Shown: in pieces, positions 39,748 to 49,143 of the stretch | Layout: every line of letters begins with the position of its first letter | Numbering within the stretch: the first letter of the stretch is position 1 | Assembly (NCBI GenBank): GCA_905182615.1 | Contig: CAJJCG010000084.1 | Location: 1 to 57,081 of the forward strand | Origin: Alphaproteobacteria bacterium UBA2964 | Lineage (GTDB): Bacteria > Pseudomonadota > Alphaproteobacteria > MPNO01 > UBA2964 | Direction: 5' to 3' | DNA length: 57,081 bases | Program-made: the position numbers and the translations under genes | The notes under the pieces: model-generated | Database searches by the model: none | What the model saw: only the letters and a program-made list of their open reading frames with translations | What the model was told of the DNA's origin: nothing

Positions 39748-40163
39748 TGGCAGAACGTGAAAAGCGGCCACGCCCGGCCCCAACACCAACGAATATTACG
39801 CAGCCATTCTGGGATGCCGTCAATGACCACAAATTTTTGCTTCAATACGATCCAGAGGCTGATAAATATCAGTTTTATCCGCGCGGCATAAGTGTTCATA
39901 CCGGCAAGCGCAATCTCGAATGGCGGGAAGTAACAGGCAAGGGGACAGTGTATTCCTATACCGAAACAGTTATCCCGGCGCGTGGTTTTGAAGGGGAAGA
40001 ACCCTACCTAATTGTGGCCGTGGATTTGGAAGAAGGTGTCCGCCTGATGAGCCTTCTGCATAATAGCGCAACTGAAGATGTTAAAATCGGTATGGCTGTA
40101 AAATTGTGCTGGGATAAGTTAGATGAAGAATTTGAATATTTCGCTTTCGAACCGGACCGGTAA
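39747..40163 (+). CDS. DUF35-type OB-fold protein (Zn-ribbon cysteines lost)
   Basis: TQPFWDAV..HKFLLQ, QFYPR, G.GTVYSYT, PY..VAVDLEEGVRL; TAATG coupling to thiolase-like gene. Confidence 0.88.
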   Translation: MAEREKRPRPAPTPTNITQPFWDAVNDHKFLLQYDPEADKYQFYPRGISVHTGKRNLEWREVTGKGTVYSYTETVIPARGFEGEEPYLIVAVDLEEGVRLMSLLHNSATEDVKIGMAVKLCWDKLDEEFEYFAFEPDR

Positions 40164-40169
40164 CCGCCC

Positions 40170-41330
40170 ATGAGTTCTATCAGCTTCCTCGTCGACAGCC
40201 CTCAAGACGCGAAATTCAGAGCAGAAGTTAGCGCCTGGATGAAAGAAAATTTGCCAGAAGAACTCCGCGGCTGGTCTACCCGGCCACCACGCGAGATGAT
40301 CCAACCATGGCATTTCAAGCTCTATGAACGAGGTTGGATTGCGCCGCACTGGCCGAAAGCATTTGGCGGTATGGAGGCCAGCATCTCGGAGCAGCTTATC
40401 CTGCAAGAAGAGTTGGGACGCGCAGGAGCGCCAATCTTGTCACGTCAGGCTTTGGGACATATCGGTCCGATTTTGATGCATCACGGGACAGATACTCAGA
40501 AGGAAGATCATCTTCCAAAAATGTTATCAGGCGAGGTCATGTGGTGTCAGGGATATTCCGAACCGGACTCAGGATCTGATCTTGCCAGCCTCAAAACCCG
40601 AGGCGAGGTCGATGGTGACGAGTTGGTTATTAATGGCCAGAAGATCTGGACCACCGGCGGTCATTTCGCAGACTGGATGTACGCCCTGGTTCGAACCAAT
40701 CCCGACGCCCCCAAGAAACAGGGCGGCATTTCGATGGTGCTCATCGATTTAAAAATTTCAGGTATTACGATCCGCCCAATTATGACCATTGCGGATGATG
40801 AGGAGTTTGCCGAGGTCTTCTTCGATGACGTTCGGGTTCCGATCACTAACCTGGTTGGTGACATAAATGACGGCTGGTCGGTCGCCAAGGCGCTTCTAGC
40901 ATCTGAGCGTATCGGCAACGCCAACCCACAAATGGCTTTGCAATGTCTCGACAAGCTGCAGCGGGTAGCCAAGGCAACGGGAGCTGTTAACAACCCTGTT
41001 TTTCAGGATAAGGTTACCCAGCTAGAGCTCGACGTCCTTGCTCAGTCCAGCGTTTTCGCCCATGCCGTCCAGCAAGCCAAAGCTGGTATGGATATAGGCG
41101 CTGGATCGTCCTTCATGAAGATCGTTGCGACAGAAAATATTCAACGCATCGCAGATTTGATGTTCGAGGCGGCAGGTGACCATGCCGCCGACGTTGAGCC
41201 GATGGACACCGAAGAAGGGCCCGTAGATGTCTCTGTTCTCTGGCGAGAAGTTCGACGGATCACGATTTATGCCGGTTCCAGTGAAATTCAGAGGAACATC
41301 ACGGCAAAACGTGTTCTCGGCTTACCCTAG
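40170..41330 (+). CDS. Acyl-CoA dehydrogenase, FadE26/FadE29-like
   Basis: WCQGYSEPDSGSDLASL, NGQKIWTT, LASER, TIYAGSSEIQRNI. Confidence 0.92.
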   Translation: MSSISFLVDSPQDAKFRAEVSAWMKENLPEELRGWSTRPPREMIQPWHFKLYERGWIAPHWPKAFGGMEASISEQLILQEELGRAGAPILSRQALGHIGPILMHHGTDTQKEDHLPKMLSGEVMWCQGYSEPDSGSDLASLKTRGEVDGDELVINGQKIWTTGGHFADWMYALVRTNPDAPKKQGGISMVLIDLKISGITIRPIMTIADDEEFAEVFFDDVRVPITNLVGDINDGWSVAKALLASERIGNANPQMALQCLDKLQRVAKATGAVNNPVFQDKVTQLELDVLAQSSVFAHAVQQAKAGMDIGAGSSFMKIVATENIQRIADLMFEAAGDHAADVEPMDTEEGPVDVSVLWREVRRITIYAGSSEIQRNITAKRVLGLP

Positions 41331-41347
41331 GAACGGACTTAATTAAT

Positions 41348-42199
41348 TTATGATGCCTGTTGCTCCATAAAGACAGGCTCTTCGCGGGCGCCTTCGGCTG
41401 CAGCATCAGGATCAAGTTCAGGGTCCCAGAGCTTCCCGACATAACGGCAACCATTTGCCGAATCAGAGTGTTCTGACGCCAACCAAACAGCTAGTGGATC
41501 CATAATATCAACTGGTAAAAGAACCTTATCAGGGTCTTTAGGCCGATTGGGATCCGCATCCGCTGACCCGCCTGGCAATACCGCATTAACAGTTATTCCT
41601 GTCCCGTCCATATCACGAGCCCAAATCAATGTTTCAGATTCCACTGCTGCCTTGGTAACTCCATAAGGCGAATTACGAGCGCCAGAAAAGTTGCGTCGCG
41701 ATGTCGATACATTGATAATTTTGCCAGTTCCCACCTCCCGAAAATGTTCTACAGCGGCGCGCGCCATGAAAAAGGTTCCAATAACATTCACCTCAACCGT
41801 TTGCCGATAAATAGCAGGGTCTGTCTCAAAAAACGGCAAGGAATTGCCCTGTGGCGGCAACCCAGGTCCGCGCATGAGCCGTCGAGCGTTATTATACAAA
41901 ACATCACACCGGCCGAACGCTTTGACGGCCTGCCTAACGGTGTTTCTGCATTTTTCAAGGTCCAGAATATCAGTGGTTACAGCCAACGCATGCCCGGCGC
42001 CTGCAATCTTATTGAGCTCGTCTGCCGCCCGCACACAACCCTCTGCATCAACTGACGCGAGTACAACCTTTGCGCCCCGTTCGGCCATCGCTGTCGCCAT
42101 AGAAAATCCTAGACCACGATCCCCACCTGTCATAATCACAACGCGGCCATCAAGCGAAATATTAGGCAATGGAAATGTCGGCATGTCAGGAAGCTCCAT
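41348..42199 (-). CDS. SDR oxidoreductase (same subfamily as 2168..3034)
   Basis: TGGDRGLG, SPYGVTK, WLAS...GCRYVG..WD. Confidence 0.9.
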   Translation of the reverse strand: MELPDMPTFPLPNISLDGRVVIMTGGDRGLGFSMATAMAERGAKVVLASVDAEGCVRAADELNKIAGAGHALAVTTDILDLEKCRNTVRQAVKAFGRCDVLYNNARRLMRGPGLPPQGNSLPFFETDPAIYRQTVEVNVIGTFFMARAAVEHFREVGTGKIINVSTSRRNFSGARNSPYGVTKAAVESETLIWARDMDGTGITVNAVLPGGSADADPNRPKDPDKVLLPVDIMDPLAVWLASEHSDSANGCRYVGKLWDPELDPDAAAEGAREEPVFMEQQAS

Positions 42200-42707
42200 A
42201 ATTCATATTGAGTGCATCCCCTGCCCGGCGCTCTTCATCCACGATCAATCCATGGCCAAGGGTAATGCGGTTCATCATGGAGAACCGCGCGCAAACGATG
42301 ATTGCTTCATGAAAGGATTGTTCGTCCCAGCCTGCAGCGAGCACAGCGTCTGCATCGGACTTCGTAATACGGGATGGCGTCAGCGTCAGAATTTTAACAA
42401 ACTTTAAAAGTGGCTTCAGTTCATCACGAACCGGCGCGCCGTCGATACTTTCGGCTAAAGGCTCAAATACCCCAGGATCCGTCCCAAGATTAACCGCGAC
42501 GCGCGAATGTCCTGCAAAGCAATATTCTGAATCGTTCAGCTGCGACACGTAAGCCGCGATCAACTCTTTGTCGGCGGCGGTCAACTGTCCTTCACGGCGC
42601 ATAAAGGCACGAGAAAACAGTTGCAGACCTTTGTGCGCATCAGGGTTAAATACTTCCCACAACTTGCGAACACCAGCATCTTTGGGCAGTGACGGAAAAA
42701 ACGGCAT
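42186..42707 (-). CDS. AhpD/carboxymuconolactone decarboxylase-like peroxidase-related protein
   Basis: KELIAAYVSQLNDSEYCFAGH, LTLTPSRI, F.MMNR. Confidence 0.82.
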   Translation of the reverse strand: MPFFPSLPKDAGVRKLWEVFNPDAHKGLQLFSRAFMRREGQLTAADKELIAAYVSQLNDSEYCFAGHSRVAVNLGTDPGVFEPLAESIDGAPVRDELKPLLKFVKILTLTPSRITKSDADAVLAAGWDEQSFHEAIIVCARFSMMNRITLGHGLIVDEERRAGDALNMNYGAS

Positions 42708-42789
42708 ATGAGACCTCACCTGTCAGAAATTATTATCACTCTATTGAGCGCGACAGAGCTTCAGAATGCAAGGTCGAGGCCATTGAGAA

Positions 42790-42805
42790 TTGAACAAACG
42801 TTCAA
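42790..42805. promoter_or_regulatory. Inverted repeat TTGAAC-N4-GTTCAA, candidate repressor operator
   Basis: Perfect 6-bp arms ~80 bp upstream of the AhpD-SDR pair. Confidence 0.4.
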
Positions 42806-42889
42806 CATCTTGAGCGTATCACAAGCAGGTAAAAGCCTAGACCAACTATACTTTAGGTAGATCTACGAAAGAATTTTCACGGGCCCACG

Positions 42890-43789
42890 CTAAGATGTGT
42901 GCTTCGCCGCACCCAACGTAACGAGTGCGATACCACCAAGGATCAGAACCAGCCCACCACCAAGCGTCAGGGTCAGAGACTCGTTCAGAAAGAGAATGCT
43001 GGTCAAAATAGCGACCATCGGTCCACCCAAGAGGCCAACAGACGTCGTAACAGCACCTAGATAGCGGATCGAGGATGCAACACACCACATGGCAATCGCG
43101 GTTCCGATAACGCCGCCATAGAGTATCAACAGAATAAATTCGGTGGACCAGTTTGGCATTTTCGGTTCTGCCAGCCAGATCGAAAATGGCAACGTAACTA
43201 CTGTCGCCAAGAGGAGTTGCCAGGGGCCGAGTTGCAAGGGGGTCAGATGCCATTTGTGGTTCCGCATCTGCAAGATAGCGATGGACCACGAAATCGCCGC
43301 CAAAACACAGAGACCATTGCCGATTAATGCATCCGTATCGGACCAATCGAGCTCCGCTGGGTTAAACAGGACCGCGAGACCACCAAGTCCTAAGATCACA
43401 CCCATTGCTCGCAAGGCAGTCATCTTTTCCCCAAAGAACAGGACTGCTGCAGGGGCCACCCATAGTGGCGTTGAATAGCCAAGTAGAGCACCACGCCCCG
43501 CCGGGATGAACTCCATTGCGGTGTGAACCAACGACACGTATAGCCCCATCATGCAAATACCGACGCTCAGAATCGCAGGCATATCAGCCCGTGTGGGCAA
43601 CTTTAATTCTCCCCGTACCGCCAACACCGCCATCAGAACGAGTGCTCCAATGAAACCCCGAACAGTTGCAAACCAAAGCGGCGGTAAATGCTCTACCCCC
43701 AAATGCATTACCGGCCACAGCCAGCCATAGGAGAATATCCCCGCCACAAGAAAGATCAGGCCGATTTTACGGTTCGTTAGGTCGGTCAT
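42890..43789 (-). CDS. DMT/EamA family transporter
   Basis: About 10 hydrophobic segments in two EamA repeats, PAGRGALLGYSTPLW, LFLNESL. Confidence 0.9.
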   Translation of the reverse strand: MTDLTNRKIGLIFLVAGIFSYGWLWPVMHLGVEHLPPLWFATVRGFIGALVLMAVLAVRGELKLPTRADMPAILSVGICMMGLYVSLVHTAMEFIPAGRGALLGYSTPLWVAPAAVLFFGEKMTALRAMGVILGLGGLAVLFNPAELDWSDTDALIGNGLCVLAAISWSIAILQMRNHKWHLTPLQLGPWQLLLATVVTLPFSIWLAEPKMPNWSTEFILLILYGGVIGTAIAMWCVASSIRYLGAVTTSVGLLGGPMVAILTSILFLNESLTLTLGGGLVLILGGIALVTLGAAKHTS

Positions 43790-44027
43790 TTTACAGATGA
43801 GGGCCAAAAAATTTAATGGGCGATAGAGAAGCAAATAATTGGTAAGTTTTAATACGGGCAGAGATATGCCCTTTCTAGGCATTTCGCGCTACCGAAATGT
43901 TCATTTCTTACCTAAAATTCCCGTTTGAAGCCATTCTGAGGAAGACATAGCGCGACACGGTCGTTATAAGATTGTAAATTTTTCAGCCGCACATTGATCA
44001 ATAGTCATTTCAAAAAAAAGTATCTAA

Positions 44028-45863
44028 ATGCCCCTTAGAACCTGGCAACAAGACATTATCGACCAGTACCCGTCGATCATAAAAGAACACCGCCGATTCA
44101 TTCTTAAGGCTCCTACCGGGGCTGGCAAAACTGTGCTCGCTAGCGAGATCATCAAACGATTTTACGAAGGCAAAAAGATTATCGTGCTGTGTCACCGTCT
44201 CGTCTTGCTGGAACAGCTCGAAGGCGCGCTTCGCGACGATCACAACGTCCGAAAACTAACTGTATCCGATACTGGACCTGCTTTTGACGATTATGACATC
44301 TTGCTTTCGACCAGCATGCGGGCAAAAGACGTTTTGGCGGACGCCCTACCCAAAGCCGATTTGATCATCGTCGATGAGGCCCATCGTGTCTCCCCTAACG
44401 GCAAGGGCTATAAGCGGATACTCGATGACTTTACAGAGCATGGCAAAGATGAAGCCCAATTTGTTGGCCTTACCGCGTCTCCAGAACGCCGTACTGGCGA
44501 TCAACGAGATCAGCTGAACCTGGCCTTCGACGCCATTATCGATTGCGCCAACATTGAAGATCTCATCACGGATGGTGTTCTCGTAAAGCCCGTCTATCGA
44601 ACGCATTTTGTTCATGATCTCGACCTTACCGGTATCGACATCAGCTCCGGTGATTTTCCGGTAGCAAAGCTCTCCCCCGCAATCGTCAAATCGTCAATGA
44701 TTGACTACGCGATGAGCGCCTATTTGCAGGAGCGTGAAAACGTTTCACCGCGACCAATATCAGCCTGGTTCTGCGCCGATATCAGTGTCGCCGAGGAAAC
44801 ACTTTTCCGCATTCGTCAAGACGGCGTCTCAGCGGAGATCGTCACCGCTAAAACGCCCATCAAAGCACGCATGAAGTTGCTGAAGAGCCACGAAAAAGGT
44901 GAGGTCGAGGCAATGGTATCCGTCGGGGTCCTGGCCGAAGGTTGGGACAACCCACACTGCAATATCATCGTGCATTTGCGTCCTACCCTATCGAAAGTGT
45001 TATGGGGCCAATCGGTGGGCCGCGGATTGCGTTCAGCGCCCGGCAAGGAAAAATGCGTCATCATCGATGTTAGCTCCAACTGGACAACCTTTGGTCCAGT
45101 TGAAAAGCTTGAATGGAGCCTGTGGAGCCATCGCAAATCCTATATGCAATATACCAACCGATTTAACTGGGTAGGCCAGCAACAGGAAGGCGAAAACGGC
45201 AGAGACGCCTACCTGTTGTGTGAAAACAAACTGCCCAACAAAACGCGCTGTTCACACATATACAAAAAGAATACCTACGAAGACGACACATGCCCGGTTT
45301 GCGGCTCCTACGCCGCAGTCGATATATATGCTGAGCAGGCGCAAGATGGTTCCCTGACCGAGAACCGTTTACACAAACTGTTCTTCGATCGCGTCCCCAA
45401 AGTATTCGACGAGATGAACCTGTCCGTATGGAAGAACCTCGGTGGCACCGCTTGGCGAACAGCCACCCCCAAGGAACAGGTCTTTCTGTCCTTCTGTATG
45501 GCGTTTGTTGAAGTTTCTGGCGAAACCACCCGCTCCGAATCCGACTATTGGGATATCGCGCTTAAAGCCGAAACCAAAATCCGGGAGTATCTCGTCGAGA
45601 ACGCCATCCAGGTTGTCAAACAGGATGAGTTCAACCTAAACGTCATTGCGGATGGTATGCTGACTGGTCGCGAAATCCGCACGGTGCAGGCCCATTACGG
45701 CATATTGCTCTGCGGGACCGCCTTCGAGGAACATGATCTGGACGAGAGCGAACGTAAATATCAGAAGGCGATCCGGATTGCCGAACGGCTGGCGGTTATG
45801 GGCTGTTCTCCAAAAGATAATTTGCCGTACTTCAACGCCGCTAAATACATGTCGGAGCCTTAA
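44028..45863 (+). CDS. SF2 DEAH-box helicase (ResIII/RadD/IRC3-like) with Zn-finger and unknown C-terminal domain
   Basis: LRTWQ, APTGAGKT, DEAH, LTASP, LAEGWD, QSVGRGLR; C-x9-C...CPVC. Confidence 0.88.
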   Translation: MPLRTWQQDIIDQYPSIIKEHRRFILKAPTGAGKTVLASEIIKRFYEGKKIIVLCHRLVLLEQLEGALRDDHNVRKLTVSDTGPAFDDYDILLSTSMRAKDVLADALPKADLIIVDEAHRVSPNGKGYKRILDDFTEHGKDEAQFVGLTASPERRTGDQRDQLNLAFDAIIDCANIEDLITDGVLVKPVYRTHFVHDLDLTGIDISSGDFPVAKLSPAIVKSSMIDYAMSAYLQERENVSPRPISAWFCADISVAEETLFRIRQDGVSAEIVTAKTPIKARMKLLKSHEKGEVEAMVSVGVLAEGWDNPHCNIIVHLRPTLSKVLWGQSVGRGLRSAPGKEKCVIIDVSSNWTTFGPVEKLEWSLWSHRKSYMQYTNRFNWVGQQQEGENGRDAYLLCENKLPNKTRCSHIYKKNTYEDDTCPVCGSYAAVDIYAEQAQDGSLTENRLHKLFFDRVPKVFDEMNLSVWKNLGGTAWRTATPKEQVFLSFCMAFVEVSGETTRSESDYWDIALKAETKIREYLVENAIQVVKQDEFNLNVIADGMLTGREIRTVQAHYGILLCGTAFEEHDLDESERKYQKAIRIAERLAVMGCSPKDNLPYFNAAKYMSEP

Positions 45864-46729
45864 TCCGGCGTAGCCACCAAGTCGGATTCGTCAATCACAG
45901 TATTCCGCAACACCCCGATACCCGTGATCTCCATCTCCAGAACGTCCCCTGGTTTAAGATAGACCGGGGGCTCACGTCGGTGCCCCACGCCCGCCGGTGT
46001 ACCGGTGGCAATTATGTCCCCCGGTTTCAACAGCGTCTGACGAGAGAAATAGGACACTAGAAATGGCACATCCATAATTAGCTGATCGACACACGATCTC
46101 TGCATGACGTCGCCATTGAGTCGGGTTTCAACAAAAGTATCGGCCCAGTCTGGTGCCGCATCCCGGGTGAGCATGCAGGGCCCACAGGCGCCGGTATGCC
46201 AAAAATTTTTGCCCTGAAAGACACTGCGCTCATACTGATACTCCCGGATTGTGCCATCGTTGAGTATCGTATAGCCCGCTACGTAGTCCAACGCGTCCTC
46301 AGCACTGACGTTCCGGACTGAGCGGCCTATGACTACAGCGTATTCAACCTCGAAATCCATGCTGACTTGACCTCGTGGACGAACCAACGGTTCGTTATGT
46401 CCAACAACTGACTCCTGGAATTTGGCAAACGCGCTTGGGAACTGGTCTTCCGTCCGCCCGGTTTCAGCGCGGTGATCCATATAGTTTACCCCGACGCAGA
46501 AAATGTTTACGGGCTCGGCGGTTAACGGTAGGAACGTCACACTATCGAGCCCAAAATCGGGAGACGCTCCAGCCACCGCCTCTTGCGCAACCGCAATAGC
46601 CTGACCGCTGATAAGCGAAACAAGTGTGGAGTAATTCCGGCCGATACGAGAAGAAAGATCAATGATCCCCTCATCGGTCATCACGCCATACTGATTTTTA
46701 CCGCCCACTTTATAACTACATAACTTCAC
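45860..46729 (-). CDS. Fumarylacetoacetate hydrolase family protein
   Basis: CVGVNY, DFEVE, NDGTIRE, QGKNF, PGDIIATGTPAGVG. Confidence 0.92.
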   Translation of the reverse strand: MKLCSYKVGGKNQYGVMTDEGIIDLSSRIGRNYSTLVSLISGQAIAVAQEAVAGASPDFGLDSVTFLPLTAEPVNIFCVGVNYMDHRAETGRTEDQFPSAFAKFQESVVGHNEPLVRPRGQVSMDFEVEYAVVIGRSVRNVSAEDALDYVAGYTILNDGTIREYQYERSVFQGKNFWHTGACGPCMLTRDAAPDWADTFVETRLNGDVMQRSCVDQLIMDVPFLVSYFSRQTLLKPGDIIATGTPAGVGHRREPPVYLKPGDVLEMEITGIGVLRNTVIDESDLVATPD

Positions 46730-47055
46730 GATTACCGCCCTTCCTTGTTCTTACTCTAAATACGCTACCTCGGCATTCCGACAAGAAGAACCAATATAAT
46801 TTCCGGGCACAAAAAAGTTATCCAGAGCGACCAACTCCGAGACAAACGAAATAGAGAAAGAAATAGATAAGCTCTCGAAGCAAGAGCAGTAGTGCTTTAA
46901 TTTTTCAATTTAAAATTTCGACGAAGTACTATTCGAGCCCTCATGCACATCTCCAGCAACGGTGTCTAATTCCTTGGCATTGAACTAAGCTTAGGCAGGG
47001 GTACAGAGTGATCTATCTCGAAGCTTGAGTTGTTGAAGTGCTAAAAGACGGAGAA

Positions 47056-47076
47056 TCGCTGATTTTTTATCAGCGA
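47056..47076. repeat. Inverted repeat TCGCTGAT-N5-ATCAGCGA
   Basis: Perfect 8-bp arms upstream of DUF3553/fdh beta genes. Confidence 0.5.
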
Positions 47077-47140
47077 CATCGTGTCTAGCAACCTGCAAAT
47101 TTTTCGATACTCTGGCTCAAACTCGTCTACGGAACTCGAT

Positions 47141-47323
47141 ATGAATGAAGAATTTGTCCCTGGCGTTCTAGTGCGTCATCCTGATCGCGAGGACTGGGGC
47201 CTCGGCCAAGTCCAATCTTCAATCGACAACCGAATTACTGTCAATTTTGAGCATCGGGGTAAAGAGTTGATTAACGGCAATGTCATCTCCTTAATTTTAG
47301 TGGAAGAAGACCGCGGCCAATAA
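47141..47323 (+). CDS. DUF3553 family protein
   Basis: PG.LVRHP.REDWGLGQVQS.I..RITVNFEH.GK. Confidence 0.88.
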   Translation: MNEEFVPGVLVRHPDREDWGLGQVQSSIDNRITVNFEHRGKELINGNVISLILVEEDRGQ

Positions 47324-47427
47324 TGGCCAAATTATGGGTTTCTCTGGAATAATTGTGTCGCAGCAGGTAACAACTAGCTGACAGGATACAATTCATCACG
47401 ACGCTAAATTAGATAAGATTATAAAGA

Positions 47428-49122
47428 ATGGCCGATACTAAATCTGTAAAAAGACATTCCCACCCAGGACGTGGCGGGCGCGGTGCTGCACACCCTAAAG
47501 GCCGTCAGCTTGACGCCAATGCCCAAGACCAGATTCTGGCTCTGCTCGGCGACAAGCCACGTGACCGGGATATGCTCATCGAGCACTTGCATTTGATACA
47601 AGATAAGTACGGCTGCCTTTCCGCTGACCATCTCGTCGCGCTTGCCGATGAAATGAAGATGGCGATGGCAGAAGTCTATGAGGTCGCAACGTTTTATGCA
47701 CATTTCGACGTCCTTACTGATGACGCAAATCGTCCACCGCCGACAACGATACGGGTATGCGATAGCGTCACCTGCGAGATGCTTGGAGCCGAACAGCTGA
47801 TCGCTAAATTGTCGAAAAACGCCAGCGCTGATATTCGGGTTATACGAGCGCCCTGCATGGGTGCCTGCGACAAAGCGCCGGCAGTCTCTATCGGTCACAC
47901 ACAGATTGCCCCTGCAACAGCGGATACGGCGCTGGCAGCGGCGACGAATAAGGCGCATGCGAGTTTGCCCAATTACGTGGATTTCGACGCGTACGAAAAA
48001 GACGGCGGCTACGCTTTGCTGCACGAGTGCCTCAGCAACACCCGCACACCGGATGAGCTGATCGAAATACTCAATGATTCTGGCTTGCGAGGCCTCGGCG
48101 GCGCAGGATTTCCAACCGGCCGCAAATGGACTTTTGTCAGGGCAGAGAAAGGCCCTCGGCTTATGGCCGTTAACGCTGACGAAGGCGAACCTGGCACCTT
48201 TAAAGATCGTTGGTTCCTTGAACAGGATCCACATCGCTTCCTTGAAGGCATGCTGATCGGGGCGTGGGCGGTTGAAGCAGAAGATATCTATATTTATTTG
48301 CGCGACGAGTACCCGGAAATTCGAGAGATTCTTCTCAAGGAAATTCCCAAGCTTGAAGCGGCCGGGCTGGCTGAGCCTGGACGTGTTCATCTCCGTCGCG
48401 GCGCCGGCGCTTATATATGCGGTGAAGAATCCGCGATGCTAGAATCAATTGAAGGCAAGCGTGGTCTACCCCGCCATAAACCACCCTTCCCCGCTCAAAT
48501 TGGTTTGTTTGGGCGCCCCACGCTGATCCACAATGTTGAGACCCTCTACTGGATCCGCGATCTCGTACAAAAAGGCGCCAGTTGGTTTATGGGTAAAGGA
48601 CGCAATGGATCGAAAGGTTTGCGAACATTTTCCGTATCAGGCCGCGTAAAGGAGCCGGGCGTAAAAATTGCTGATGCCGGCATCACTGTACGAGAACTCA
48701 TCGACGAATATTGCGGTGGGATACAAGATGGCCATACCTTTAAAGGCTATCTACCCGGCGGGGCTTCCGGTGGTATTTTACCGGCAAGCATGGATAGCGA
48801 ACCGCTGGATTTCGGAACCCTTGAACAATATGGCTGCCTAATCGGCTCCGCCGCCGTCATTATTTTGTCGGAGGAAGATTCCACCGGAAACGTTGCCCTT
48901 AATCTTTTAAAATTCTTCGAAGATGAAAGCTGTGGTCAATGCACGCCGTGCCGCAATGGATGCGAAAAAGCTGTTCAACTACTTGAGCAACCAACTTGGG
49001 ACAAATCACTGTTGGAAGAGCTGTCATCGGCAATGCAAGATTCATCTATTTGCGGCTTAGGCCAGGCAGCGACCAACGGCCTGAACTCAGTCTTCAAATA
49101 TTTCCCTGACGATGTGAAATAA
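47428..49122 (+). CDS. NAD-dependent formate dehydrogenase beta subunit (NuoE-NuoF fusion, Fdh1B-like)
   Basis: HPGRG...PKGRQ...LIEHLHLIQD N-terminus, RVCDSVTC/PCMGAC, GLRGLGGAGFPTGRKW, NADEGEPGTFKDR, ESCGQCTPCR, SICGLG. Confidence 0.92.
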   Translation: MADTKSVKRHSHPGRGGRGAAHPKGRQLDANAQDQILALLGDKPRDRDMLIEHLHLIQDKYGCLSADHLVALADEMKMAMAEVYEVATFYAHFDVLTDDANRPPPTTIRVCDSVTCEMLGAEQLIAKLSKNASADIRVIRAPCMGACDKAPAVSIGHTQIAPATADTALAAATNKAHASLPNYVDFDAYEKDGGYALLHECLSNTRTPDELIEILNDSGLRGLGGAGFPTGRKWTFVRAEKGPRLMAVNADEGEPGTFKDRWFLEQDPHRFLEGMLIGAWAVEAEDIYIYLRDEYPEIREILLKEIPKLEAAGLAEPGRVHLRRGAGAYICGEESAMLESIEGKRGLPRHKPPFPAQIGLFGRPTLIHNVETLYWIRDLVQKGASWFMGKGRNGSKGLRTFSVSGRVKEPGVKIADAGITVRELIDEYCGGIQDGHTFKGYLPGGASGGILPASMDSEPLDFGTLEQYGCLIGSAAVIILSEEDSTGNVALNLLKFFEDESCGQCTPCRNGCEKAVQLLEQPTWDKSLLEELSSAMQDSSICGLGQAATNGLNSVFKYFPDDVK

Positions 49123-49143
49123 GTTTGGGGTTCTCGGCTCAAG

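Noticed and set aside
46930-47030. Third histidine kinase remnant (LGIELSLGRGTE*SIS)
   Set aside because: Similarity too short and degenerate to distinguish from chance
47419-48390. 323-aa antisense ORF over the fdh beta subunit, and similar overlapping ORFs throughout the track
   Set aside because: Antisense or alternate-frame shadows of well-supported genes with no recognisable motifs
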